A stretch of 64,000 bases of DNA, taken from NCBI RefSeq assembly GCF_001194135.2, contig NC_068992.1, forward strand, positions 67,806,686 to 67,870,685. Direction: 5' to 3'. Source of the stretch: Octopus bimaculoides (taxonomy: Eukaryota). The position numbers and the translations under genes were made by a program. Below, piece by piece: positions 13,701 to 26,209 of this stretch. The notes beneath the pieces were generated by a model. That model saw only the letters and a list, made by a program, of their open reading frames with translations. It was not told where the DNA came from and did not search any database. The number at the start of each line of letters is the position of its first letter. Positions within the stretch are counted from its first letter, which is position 1.

Positions 13701-14754
13701 TACTTTAAAATGATTAAAAATTTCAACCTAAATGACATGTGAAGTGATGGATACTTAAATATGACAGACTATATTAGATTTCGGTACTGGAAACGAATTA
13801 CTAATTCATTTATTAGCGAGAAGCGCAAAGCAGCTGTAAATTAATTACACATTTAGAAAACGAATACGCTGAATGAATGATAATTGCCGCTCGAAGTGGA
13901 GCATACCATCTTGAGAGGAAGATTTAGCAAATTTCTATATTTGATTGGCTCAAATAATAATTTATTTAAGTATGCGCTTAATTATTTAATTTAATAAGTA
14001 AATATTCAGCAAATATCAGCAGATAGTTAGAGTGTAGGTTATGTGCATGTAGTGATAAACCAAGGTAGACATATACTTACGTTTACTAAAGTATTTAAAT
14101 CATATCTTAAAAGGGTTTAATTGCAAATAGCATTTTTACTAACAACATCTGATGGAGCTGTTAATTAAATACATCTTTAATGCTCATTAGCTGTCACCTC
14201 CTGAGATATCGTGATGTCTGTGAGTCAAAATTGTGTTTCAGACCTAAGCCATTTCAGTAGGACGCATAATCTAGCTAAAGTGAACGATGTTTACAGCCTC
14301 ATTGATAACGATAAATTTCTCAAATGAGCAAAAGTTAATTTAGTGGAACATTTAAATGGTATGGCATATTTAACGCGTTACTCAGTAGTTGTCGTTTAGT
14401 AGAAGCAGTAAATCGGAATTAATCTCAAATGGAAATCGAAGAGACAAATTATTTCCTTTCCGTGTGATTTAAGCCGAATTTTCTATATGATTTTATTTTA
14501 TTCTTGACATAACATGAAAGAGTTAACGTGAAAAGTTAAACATTCTGACGAGGAGTTGGAGACGTTTTAAGGCTATACATAGAAACACACACACAAACAA
14601 TTATATGCATATACATATACGCATTTGCGTAGAGATACATAGAAGCATACGTATATGTACATATTACATACATACATACTCATACACGCACACACACACA
14701 CACATATATATACATATATAAATATTCACGCGTGTGTGAGAGCATATGTAGTAA

Positions 14755-14935
14755 GGTGTCTATGCAGACACAGTAAGATCTAGATATTGAGATCACTTCT
14801 CAATACGAGCGATGGACTCTGCTTCCATTGCGTGTCATCACGGGTAACTGCTACTTTCTATAAACTCTGGTTACCACATTCTTTTTGAAAGAAACTTGGT
14901 AGGTGGAAGCTGTGTCGAAACACACTCCAGTGAAT
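14755..14935 (+). mobile_element. Degenerate tRNA-derived SINE
   Basis: Weak tRNA-like head plus a GGGTAACTG...TTGGTAGGTGGAAGCTGTG tail resembling other SINE copies; heavily decayed. Confidence 0.35.
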
Positions 14936-15450
14936 TCAATCATTGGATCAAATATCCAAACTGATCACTTTACAGCACGCTGATTCCGCGTACGAATTAC
15001 ATTAAAGGTAGACATAACTGTAAGCGACTCAGTCTCGGAAACGCTCTTTCAATGGCTTCAGTAGTTTAGCGGCACTGAATAAATAAATACACGAGGACGA
15101 AATTCTGACAGAGCATCGTTATAAACACACACTCACACATTCACATTTGTGTACGTGTGGCCGGTTGGTGATAAGTGATGTCATATAATTTTGTAATAGA
15201 CATTCTGGGTCATTATTCGGGCAATGTCAATGGTAAATCCGCCCCCTTTACGAGACGTTAGCAGATGAACAAAGATGCTCCGAATCCCATAACTATATTT
15301 GTTTCTATGGTGAAATCTGTAGCATAATATACATCAGGATTCAGCTGGAAAGTTAACTTTCACGATACTGGTCTTACTATATTGCAATTATATTCACATG
15401 AATTAGAATTATAGCCAATTTCATGAAGGAGTAACTACAGCAGCAGTAAC

Positions 15451-15481
<31 letters not shown>

Positions 15482-16582
15482 CCACCGCCACCATCACCAC
15501 CAAGGGAGTGCGTATGGATTTGATCACATAAAATGTTAAATTGATCAGGTTTAGCATTACATGTATCCAACCAACACCTGTAGTAGCATTATTGAATCAC
15601 AAGGTCAAGGCCCACCTCCATTGAACAGAGACAGTTCACGTTGAGATCATTTGTTTCTTCGCTCTTGTCGTATATAGAATAATTTTTTACCATTCACGCA
15701 ACATGTCATATTCCTTCTACTTTTGATATCAACATGAAAACTAGTTTACCTTTCCGTTATTTTTGCTTCTCGTCGAGTTGATGTACTTATTTACCATTCA
15801 ATATATAACACGACAATATTTCGAATGGAATTTAAGCTAATTATTCTGTATAGAATTTATGCAAAAGCGATTATTTAGCAAGGTAATTTCATTTTATGTT
15901 CAATATAAAACTTATTCTGATATTTCAAATCTAGTTAAAGTTAACTTTAAGACGGAAATGATTCAACAATAAAGAATTCATGAATTTAGTTAAATGAAAA
16001 TATCTAAAATATATAGACAGGTCTAGAGATATTTATTATCATAATACTTCGAAACAATATTTCTATTCAATATGCGTTAATCTGTTGAATTTCTGAGATA
16101 CTAGTAAATCAGATTTCATTTTTATGTATTAAAACTTTCAAACAAATATGATGAGGTTAAAACTGTGTATTTTCTTCATATACACACCCGCAGTCATCAA
16201 GTCAGTCACACCCCACCCACACACATATCGAAGCACATAGCATACTTAATGTGATGGTATCACTGTCATAAATTATTGCTTAGATTCTTTGATGGAATTG
16301 TACTGTGTGTAGTTGAGCAAAGTATTTCATTTCTTCTTGTACCAGTCAACTCAGTAGAAATTAGTACCAACCCCGCTCTGGAACAACCCCTCGTCTCTGT
16401 TAAATCGCCATTTAACATATCACAGTTGTCGTGTGTGTGTAAATGTACGACGCGTGCGTGCATGTGTGTGTGTCTGTGATTTATTTCACTTTCTCTTTGG
16501 ATGTGAGTGATGCGATATACTGATGTGACTAATCTCAAAACCAAAGCTCATAAATGACATCTTAACTCTTTCCAAACATTCA

Positions 16583-16748
16583 AATTGGATCGACCTTACT
16601 TTGTCCAACTCGTATTTATTTGATCGGACTTGGAAAGATAAAAGCAAAGTTGACCGCAGCGGAATTTGGACTCAGAATGTAAGGACGGATGAAATGCCAC
16701 TAATCATTTTGTCCGGCGTTGTAATGATTCTGTCAGCGTTCCGCCTTA
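16583..16748 (-). mobile_element. tRNA-derived SINE (family also at 19349, 28995, 46622, 52510)
   Basis: Reverse complement GGCGGAACGCTGACAGAATC...CTGAGTCCAAATTCCGCTGCGGTCAACTTTGC matches the AAATTCCGCCGAGGTCGACTTTGC core of the other in-window copies. Confidence 0.85.
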
Positions 16749-16755
16749 CGCCGCT

Positions 16756-16756
<1 letters not shown>

Positions 16757-16813
<57 letters not shown>

Positions 16814-16832
16814 TAACGATGATGATGATGAT
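16757..16832. repeat. (AAT)n/(GAT)n trinucleotide array (SINE tail)
   Basis: Directly visible; lies at the 3' end of the minus-strand SINE at 16833-16952. Confidence 0.95.
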
Positions 16833-16952
16833 GGTTTCAAATTTTGGAACAAAATAATTTCGGAGAGGAGATAAGTCGATTACGGCGATCCCAGTGCTCA
16901 TCTGATGCCTATTTAAGCAACCCCGAAGGGTTGAATAGCAAAACGCGCCGCC
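16833..16952 (-). mobile_element. SINE 3' half, same family
   Basis: Reverse complement CTTCGGGG...GAGCACTGGGATCGCCGTAATCGACTT...CCAAAATTTGAAACC matches the 3' halves at 19470-19570 and 29060-29150. Confidence 0.75.
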
Positions 16953-17039
16953 ACGATAAAGTGTATGTGGATCTTCTTTGACTCTTATGCTGTAAATACC
17001 AATATGAAGTAAAAAAGAACTAGTATGATCCTGTAGCAA

Positions 17040-17497
17040 GTAATGTTATGCTGGAAGGTGGAAAAGTAAGGATACTCTGGGACTATGATTTTCAGACGGA
17101 TCTTGTAATCGAACAACGTCGGCCGGATAATGTCATATTGAATAAGAGAGACAAATACTGTCAGATCATTGATGTAGCCATAGCAAATGACACGAATGCT
17201 GTTAGTAAAGAGATCAAAAAATCTCCAAGTACTCCGAATTGAAAATCGAAATGGCAAGACTGTATGGAATGCGAAAGGATAATGTAAAAGTGATAGGAGC
17301 GTTGCGCTCAATCCCATTTAAACTTTAAGATTTCGTAAGGCAACTGGAAATCCCATGCAAAATTGATGTTTTGCAAAAAGCAGCCTTACTGGGCACAGCG
17401 CACATCTTAAAGAAAATTCTATCTGTCTGAGCTCCTTGTTGTGATTGACAGATGACTAAAGACTATGGTGCATTTTTACTTACACTGTGTTACGAAG

Positions 17498-17547
<50 letters not shown>
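17040..17547 (+). mobile_element. R4/Dong-type non-LTR retrotransposon 3' fragment (RLE domain), copy 1
   Basis: ILWDYDFQTDLVIEQRRPD...IIDVAIAND...ISKYSELKIEMARL...LQKAALLGTAHILKKILSV*, a PD-(D/E)xK restriction-like endonuclease; short 3' UTR then (TAA)n. Confidence 0.9.
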
Positions 17548-17550
<3 letters not shown>

Positions 17551-18411
17551 GCCTCTGGCTTGAAATCAGAAACAGAGGGGTTTATCATAGCAGCCCAAGA
17601 TCAATGCCTACCTACAAAGAACTACCAGGCCAACATATTAAAGGACGGCAGCTCCCCATTATGTCGTATATGCCAACAACAAAATGAGACCATCGATCAT
17701 GTTGTCTCCATGTGCAGTTTGCTTGCGCCTACAGAGTATCTCAACAGGCATTATAGAGCTGCACAATATATTTACTGGGTAATTTGCAAAAACCTGGACT
17801 TGTCCCATAATAAAAACTGGTGGGAACACAAACCACCCCCAGTGCTTGAAAATGATCAAATCGCTCTCCTCTGGAACTTCATCATTCAAACTGACAGAAA
17901 GATAGACGCAACTAGGCCAGACATCATACTGAAAGACTTCAGACAAAAATCATGCCTCCTCATTGATATGACTGTCCCAATCGATATAAACGTATCTGTC
18001 AAGACCTACCAAAAGCTGAGCAAATATAAAGATCTTGAAATAGAAATTAGCAAAATGTGGAATCTGAAGATGAAAACAATACCTGTTGTCATAGGTGCCC
18101 TGGGAATGACAGCGAAAAGGGCTGATTACTACCTAGCTCAGATACCAGGAAACCCCAAAATGTCTAAAGTTCAAAAGATAGCGCTCATGGGAACTGCCCA
18201 TATCCTACGTAAAATACTGTCTACGTGATCTCAAATTTTAAAACATTCTCTAGAACAACACTGTACAAATTCAAATATATGGTACCTTAGGCATAACACC
18301 TACATGAACTTATTTCTAACTTGTTGTCTCTTGAGGTCTCTGGGTGAGACTTGGATCCAACTTGTACAAATGCAAAGCAAAAGTCAAACATAAAATAATA
18401 ATAATAATAAT
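17548..18411 (+). mobile_element. R4/Dong-type non-LTR retrotransposon 3' fragment (CCHC knuckle plus RLE), copy 2
   Basis: Open frame SGLKSETEGFIIAAQDQCLPT...CRICQQQNETIDHVVSMC...RPDIILKD...LIDMTVP...KLSKYKDLEIEI...ALMGTAHILRKILST* (stop 18226-18228); 3' UTR and (TAA)n tail. Confidence 0.95.
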
Positions 18412-18953
18412 GCAGTACCAGACTGTGGCTCTCATGGATTCTTATCTTAATTGACTGGAAATGTTATCATGTACTTTTCTCTTAGTAAAAAATATAGGCT
18501 ACACCAAATATTCTGCTCACTACGACAGATTTTCTTGCCAATTGCTAGACCTTAACCAACTGAGCATGTCCCTTAGTGGTTGACATTATGTACACCTCTC
18601 ATCACGAGCAGAATTAGTGGGGGATCATCATAGCCATGTATTGAGAGGAATTCTTTGGGGTTTGGATAATTCACCTCTGGAAACATGGGTGCTTCGTTCA
18701 ACATCATTAAGCAACCGTTAGTCAGAGACCTTTTGAACGGGATGGGCTACTCAACATGAAAAAATTCTAACTGGGCCCCACCTTCAAGGTGTTTATCTTG
18801 ATATGAGATCACCATATCACGCACATATGTTTGTGACGCAGGTACACTTATCTGACGGGTAGTCCTGATGGATGTACTGGGCTTCATATATTCTCAGCCA
18901 GTGTTAATTTGATTGCATGAGCTGCTCTCTCACTCAATAATGATGATGATAAT
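18412..18953 (+). mobile_element. Non-coding interspersed repeat with AAT/GAT tail (probable retroelement 3' UTR)
   Basis: Starts right after a (TAA)n tail and ends CTCTCTCACTC-AATAATGATGATGATAAT; no coding motif seen, family assignment inferred. Confidence 0.4.
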
Positions 18954-19284
18954 CAGTATCAAAGAGAAAAAAGAAAAACTGAACAACTATAACGATTTGA
19001 AGTGGGAAATACGAAGATTGTGGTCAATGAGAAGAGTAGATGTAGTATTAATAGTAACTGGTGCAGTTGGAAATATCAGCACTCATTTGCCAACACGGTT
19101 CAAGAAGATTGATATATGTGTGCAGGTAGAGCACCTACAAAAATTAGCTTTGCATGGAACCGCAAGAATACTTCTCAAGGTCTTTGAAGCATGATTTGTA
19201 AACAAGTGTAACCTTAGTCTTCTAGCTATGGACAGCTGACGTTTTCCATCCTTCCCAGCAAAATATGCTGTGAGTTTCATCAAA

Positions 19285-19332
<48 letters not shown>
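18954..19332 (+). mobile_element. R4/Dong-type 3' fragment, copy 3
   Basis: EKLNNYNDLKWEIRRLW...VVLIVTGAVG...LQKLALHGTARILLKVFEA*, the same RLE C-terminus as copies 1-2 but diverged; (TAG)n tail. Confidence 0.85.
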
Positions 19333-19334
<2 letters not shown>

Positions 19335-19348
19335 TTTGAGTTTAAATT

Positions 19349-19572
19349 GGGGCGCTGGCAGAATAGGCAACACGCTGGAAAAATGCTTTGCGGTATTTTA
19401 TCCGTCTTTACGCACTAAATTGAAATTCCGCCGAGGTCGACTTTGCCGTTCATCGTTTGGATCCGAAAAAATAATTAGCAATTGAGTAGCACTGGGGTCG
19501 ATCTAATCGACTTACGCCCCCGCCCACCCGACAATTGTTGTTCTGATGCCAATAGTTGAAGGCAATATTAGT
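19349..19572 (+). mobile_element. tRNA-derived SINE, near full length
   Basis: GGCGCTGGCAGAAT head, AAATTCCGCCGAGGTCGACTTTGCC core, CACTGGGGTCGATCTAATCGACTT 3' motif. Confidence 0.85.
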
Positions 19573-20382
19573 CGAGTTTCTATCACTGTCGATTCTGCTT
19601 AGAATAAGCTGACTAAATGAGAAGCTATCCTCATAAGCATTATAATCATTGTTTAGGTCAGAAAGTTCTTTTTTCAGATTTTACAGGAATGATAGAAATA
19701 TTTTCACTTACAGATACAATCATGTTATTTGAAAAGCACGAAAGTGAACTTTCCGTTGCATTTTTTTTTTTTTCATAAATGTTATTGTGAATTGCAAGAA
19801 TTATAAATATAGTTAAATTGAAAGTATTTTTCAATTTTCTATCCTTGATGTTTGTCTAGTCCAGTCGTATAGAAACAGCCGTCTAAATCTGTTACCGAAC
19901 CATTCAGATTATGTGTGTGTGTGTGTGTGTGTGTGTAATGTTCTATATGAACGAATATTTATATACGTTTATGAAAAGATATATTCGGTCGTATGAGTGT
20001 GCGCATTTATGTTTATATTTTCCATCTAAATTTTAGTCTGTTAAACAATATTTAGTAAACAAAATATTACTCTTTATCACATAATTTTATTGTTTAACAT
20101 ATGATATGGAAGCCTCATATCTTTATTACAAGGAATACCATTAGTTTATTTGGAGAATTGTTATTTACAGCGCATAACGATTTTATACTGATTATTATAA
20201 GGAAACATATCTATTGATCTCAGTTATTCCCAGATTCTCTAATTTTGGTCTCGACACAACGCTGAATAAAAATGAGATGTCTATTTATGCTCGACATAAC
20301 TGGTAATTACCAGCTCTCATGAAAGACAACGTTTCAGCCGTCGAGGTATATGAAATATTGATAGATAAATGGATAGAATATA

Positions 20383-20419
<37 letters not shown>

Positions 20420-20674
20420 ACACACACACACATTCCTGAGTGTTCGCGATCATTCTGTATCAGCACTGATTATACACGTTTACGTATCTAGTTTTCCATT
20501 GTCTATCGAACGCTTCTATTGCTATACATAATATTCACCTTCAGGTCTAAAGTAGATGACACAAAAATCAGAGGTTCAAATTGCAATTTATAGAAAACCA
20601 TGAAGGTGTGTATAATGTTATATGGAAACGGAAACAGAACTGCAAACATGTTCCGCTGTATTATAACAGGTCAA

Positions 20675-20712
<38 letters not shown>

Positions 20713-20879
20713 NNNNNNNNNNATATATATATATATATATATATGATTGCTTCATCTTGACAGATGATAGCCGTCCCACACACACCGCACTGCATCACAC
20801 AAAACAATGCCTACGTTGATGAGCTCTCAGTTGTCTTTTAAGACTAGCTGTTGACTGACACAGTTAACATATATTATTC

Positions 20880-21500
20880 ATTTCCTTCTATAGCTTTGCT
20901 CTTTGGAATCTGATTCTGAAGGAATGTTTTTTCTGAAATAGCATATATCTTTTCAGTCCAGATATTGTCTTACAAATTTTGTGACAAATGACACAAGTCA
21001 TAAGAGGCGATTGGTATTCAAGATTGTAACCTACCTGGTCATTTCTATTTTCGTGTGACTTCATATGATTCACGTATCCTGCTTTTGACAACAGTACATG
21101 ATCAATCATAGTACATATCCAATATTCACTGCTAATTTCAGTTCCAGTTGCTCCTTTGCGACAGACCCTTTTAAGCTCAGAGTGCTGAATCTATCCCAGG
21201 ATTGCATCCAGTCCTAAAAAAACCTCTGCACTTGCTCCAATCTAGAGCATCAATTTCCCATTCACTTTTGTTCATATCTAGTTTCTTCAGGTTTTCCTTC
21301 ACGCAGTTTTTATATCTTTTACTCGGCTTTGGTTGTGGTCAATTACCAGAGTTGAGCTCACCATAAAAAAGGATTGTCTTCATTTATTTCAGTATGTTTC
21401 TGCGTTGAATCACATTACACATAAGCGGTTATCGGTGATAAATTACACAGGATTTTATAACAATTTTCAGCGTCTGAAATAATGGGTTCTTATCGGACGC
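20880..21500 (-). mobile_element. RTE-clade LINE 3' fragment with C-terminal zinc-finger motifs
   Basis: Minus strand LFYGELNSGN*PQPKPSKRYKNCVKENLKKLDMNKSEWEIDALDW, then LSKAGYVNHMKSH and CVICHKICKTISGLKR. Confidence 0.8.
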
Positions 21501-21729
21501 TTGCCTACCTCAGCTGTCATATATGATTGCTGAATATATGTATATGTGTACATATGTGTGCAACCAAATGTGTGTGCATATGTGTGTTGCAATCATATGT
21601 GAATCGTTGGCGATTCTTCTCCTCCGTCGTCCTTTTCTCTTGGTATTTCCTCTGTCTCGTGTTTCTATAGACGTGCTTTCAAATTAAATCCTCCGAAAGA
21701 CTCCCAAGTGCGTTTTCAGCTTCTTTTTT

Positions 21730-21777
<48 letters not shown>

Positions 21778-22504
21778 CACACACACACACACACACACAC
21801 ATACANNNNNNNNNNNNNNNNNNNNNNNNNNNNNNNNNNNATATATATGTATATATATATATATATATACACACGCATAAATACACAAACATATATAAAA
21901 CATACAGACAGACACACACACACTTATCTACTTACATATACATACATAGTTATACTTATAGATATAGGTATATAGATATATGTAGATACATACATGCGCA
22001 TATACAAGCATATGTCTTTATATATGTGTGTGTGTGGTTATGTGTGTGTTTATGTGTGTGTTTATGTGCGTTCGCTTAACGCATGTTTATAGAATTTCGA
22101 TCGTTGTAAATCTGAAGAAATCAACACTTCAAGTGCGTTGTGTGTGAATTATTTCGAGTTCAAGAAAATAATATAATTGCATGAAATCGGTGGACAAATC
22201 GAAGACGTTGTCTATAAATCCAAAACAATACAGTTATATTCACTTATAGTTAACAAGTTGCGAGTAGCCAGATGCATCAACATCTTGTTTCCATTTTCAT
22301 CTCTATGAATTAGGTGTAGTTTTAAATTAGTTTCTATAGACAATCTTCTGCACTCGAGATATTCTGTGCCTTTAAAATTGCATTATTCCACTAAATTTAG
22401 TTCTAACGATTAGATTATGAAGTAGCTGATATTTATTCATTAACTGATGAGAACAAATGCCTCCTTCCACCAACTCAAATGTTTAAAGTTTCATAAAAGT
22501 AGTA

Positions 22505-22858
22505 ACCGTTTCAATGTTTGGTATCAGGTCAACAAGTCTGAGAGGAGGGGCTATGTTGATTATATCGACTCCAGTACTTGTGATGCATTTTATTTTATTG
22601 ATCCAGGAGAGATTTTAGGCAGAGTTGGCCATGGCAGAACTTGAAATTAGAACGCAAACATTCCATTAAGCATTTTGTTCGATGCGACAATAAGTCTGCT
22701 AGTCAAGTCAGGTCATAATAGTTTCAAATTTTGGCTCCATGCCAGCATTTTCTGAGGGGAGGGGAGCAAGTCGATTACAGCAACCCCAGTACTCGGCAGG
22801 TGATGATGCCGCATAGCATTTTGTCCGGCCTTCTAAAGTTTCCGCCAGCTCGCCGTCT
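22505..22858 (-). mobile_element. Two adjacent degenerate SINE copies (about 22505-22705 and 22722-22858, second internally deleted)
   Basis: Reverse-complement matches to the SINE head (GGCGAGCTGGCGGAA..GCCGGACAAAATGCT) and 3' motifs (GTACTGGGG..TAATCGACTT..CCAAAATTTGAAAC). Confidence 0.65.
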
Positions 22859-23121
22859 TTTCCCATTTTACTTTTCCCATCATGGGATCTTTTTTAAAAC
22901 GGGGGCCACATTTTTCATTAACGAAACACTTTGAAACTTAGAACACTGGTAGAATGTGTCATATAAAACATCTTTTTCTCTTAGTCTTCTTTAAAAAAAA
23001 GAAATCCGTAAATTATTCCATGTTAAAGTTGTCGTATTTCTGTAATTTCAACCAATCACTGACGTCCATTCAGCCGATATACATTAAGCGCCGACTACAT
23101 AAACAAACGATTCTGAAACCA

Positions 23122-23197
23122 TTAACCCTAACCCTAACTCTAACCCTAGCCCTAACCCTAGGGTTAGGGTTAGGGTTAGAGTTAGGGTTAGAGTTAA
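23122..23197. repeat. Telomere-type hexamer palindrome, (CCCTAA)n followed by (TTAGGG)n
   Basis: About six units per side, centred on CCCTAGGG near 23160; runs into an N-gap. Confidence 0.9.
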
Positions 23198-24109
23198 NNN
23201 NNNNNNNNNNNNNNNNNNNNNNNNNNNNNNNNNNNNNNNNNNNNNNNNNNNNNNNNNNNNNNNNNNNNNNNNNNNNNNNNNNNNNNNNNNNNNNNNNNNN
23301 NNNNNNNNNNNNNNNNNNNNNNNNNNNNNNNNNNNNNNNNNNNNNNNNNNNNNNNNNNNNNNNNNNNNNNNNNNNNNNNNNNNNNNNNNNNNNNNNNNNN
23401 NNNNNNNNNNNNNNNNNNNNNNNNNNNNNNNNNNNNNNNNNNNNNNNNNNNTGTAGCCACTCATTACGTTGTCGATTTGATCCTCGATGATAGAGATTTC
23501 GGGATGTAAGTTCAAAGAATTTGAGTACTACTATTTCTTCATATACTGATTATATCTGAACCTCATCCATACATATATATACATATATATACATACATAT
23601 ATATGTATGTATATATATAAGCATTAGAGAATAAACATTAATTTTGGGTCAACGACTTTACATACAACCCCACCTCTCAAACATTTAATCATATATAGAA
23701 AAGCACCATGGTCTACAAACTCATAAAAAAATAATACGTATACATAACATCACAGAATGTAAAAAATATATATCCTAATAAAATACAAAGAGAATGTCTT
23801 ATGAAAAGTTACATAATTCAAAACTATGAAAGCCTACTGGATAAGTATAATATGAAATAAGTGTCCACCGACTAAAAAGATTTTATCTGACGTTTAAAAT
23901 ATATTTTTTTTAATTATTAAATCTTTTATTTTTTAATATATTTGAAACAGTCCTTTACTGCCCTCACATAGGTACGTCCAAAGTTCATAAGCAAGCAGAC
24001 TTCCACTGGTTAAATTCACAGACATCTTGAAAAAAAATATTTTACTCCCCTCACACAAGTACGTTCAAAGTTCACAATAAACAGATATCACCAGTCAAAT
24101 TCAACTTTC

Positions 24110-24780
24110 ATTTGAGAACGAGCTCTTGTGGGCCCTATATCTAGCCTTAAAATTTACTGTACTACTTATATAAAACTTATTTAGATCGTCCTCATCCTTA
24201 ACAAGGCATTTATATACTGCATTGGTAATGAGACAGACTCCCATCAAGGGTACATAATCCAGAGTTTATACAATTACATGATTTCCCTGGGCCATCCCTA
24301 ACCTTATTTCTACTACTAACAGTACTTGTCCGGTTTCCCATATTCATTCCTTCACATCTCCCATTGCTGGGGTTTAATACACTAGGTGGGAGCAAAATTT
24401 TGGCATCACTAACCTTAGGCATATCAGAACTTACCTGCCCAGAACCGGGGTTTCCATCGGAAGAACATATCCTGTGCACTTGCCCATTTAACTTGCTTCT
24501 ATTTGTAGATGCAATAATGGAGGCCAAATTTGGCATCACTGAGTAAGAGTACTTGATAGTAGACTTATTGCAAATGCTATAGTATTTATGACTCTTAGGG
24601 TAGTTATCCTCCAGAATCTTAAAAAACATCTTCAGCAAATTTATCACTCTAAGACAAAAGGGTGTGGGATATTACTTCTCTTCTTCTAGAACATGAGCTC
24701 TTAGTTTCCTAATCTCCTCACTAGCGCTACTTCGCTTCCTATACCTATTTCTAACATCTTTAAATGCGTGTCTGCTAACG
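24110..24780 (-). mobile_element. Penelope-like element fragment (RT C-terminal linker plus GIY-YIG endonuclease)
   Basis: YPKSHKYYSICNKSTIKYSYSVMPNLASII...CNCINSGLCTLDG, frameshift, then CLITNAVYKCLV...FYISSTVNFKARYRAHKSSF (GIY..YIG..R..H). Confidence 0.9.
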
Positions 24781-26209
24781 TTGCAAGTGTCTGCCTACGT
24801 TTGTGAACCACCTACTAATAAAACGTATTAATACTTTGGCAGAAAGAAGTATGAAAAAAGCTTATTCTGCAAATAAATGAAATGTTGATGAGAAATTCGT
24901 GGGAAAATTTTTATGAAAATTTGTACGTAATTTTTAGATATCGGCAAAACCAGTACGCCATCTAAATCTCAGGAGCAAAGATCACGGTATTTAATTAGCG
25001 TCGCAATATAACTTAACTGGATTAACTGATAAAAGCTTACATAATTTAATTTTATAAACCTGATTGAGTCGGTTAAGCTAAAATTATAATAGACAGTATT
25101 GGTAATTTAAATCTACATGCGTAGATATTGGAAGAAGATAGAAAGAGATAATATATAAAAAGAAATATGTAATTGACTCGTTGGAAATTCTTGATTTAAA
25201 ATGTTCGAAGAAGGAATAAACTAATATTGATTAAATTATTTACTTTAATATAGTACGAAGAATTGATTAGAATGTATTGATTAAAGCAGCATAGGATATT
25301 CACTGATACAAAGCATATTAATTATAATTTACAAGAGGAGGTTATGCAATACATAATCAAATGTATAGTAAGGATCAGTAACAGTTTAAGAATTTCAGCC
25401 AAGATCCTTGGGTATCACTGAAAGGTAATTAAAATGTACAAGCCATGGGTTTTAAAAGATAAAATTAGAAAGTATTCATTTTGGCATATGTTCTTAAATT
25501 AGATATAATAACATCTTGTTAGGTCGTATTAAATAGTTCTGGCGATTTAAAGGAATAATAAGTGGAGAAGGAGATAAGGCAGGATATATTAGGGGATGTT
25601 ATAAGAGGAAACTGATTGAAAATTGTTGTTGAATATTTTCATTTAAATCCTCGATAATTGTAAATAATAATTTATACTATTTTATTGCATATTTGTTCAT
25701 GAGATGATTATGGCATATAGTCGAGAAAAGAATTGAATCCACATTTGCAGTTATATAAGACACTTGTAGAGCATTAAACTTATATGTAATCAAAGAGAAA
25801 TCAAATAGTTTGAAGAATATAAGAAATTGATGTTAAAACATATACGAAGATTGAAAAAAAGCCAAGCAGATTTAAATTATTTATACGAAAGTATTTAAAT
25901 ACCTAATTGAAATCTATGAATATTGATGAAATAATGATGGAATTATTATAAATCTGAATTTATAATTTCAAACATAGCAAATTAATAGATAATCTAATTA
26001 TACGCATTAGCTATGGTGTTGTGAACAGAAGGTACAATAGAATGTTCTTATTTCTATGAAGATTATCGAAGATAATGTTTTATGCTTTTGCTGCCTGATG
26101 GCGTCTTTGTCGAATGTTTTCTCTAAACGATCCTCGATTGAAAGGTTACACGTTCTCATTGTTACTTTATAATCCAAACTGCAATACAGTTTCCTAATAG
26201 AAATTGTTA

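Noticed and set aside
24900-26100. AT-rich, purine-skewed tract with faint L1/Tx1-like 3' flavour
   Set aside because: No motif could be read unambiguously through the many stops.
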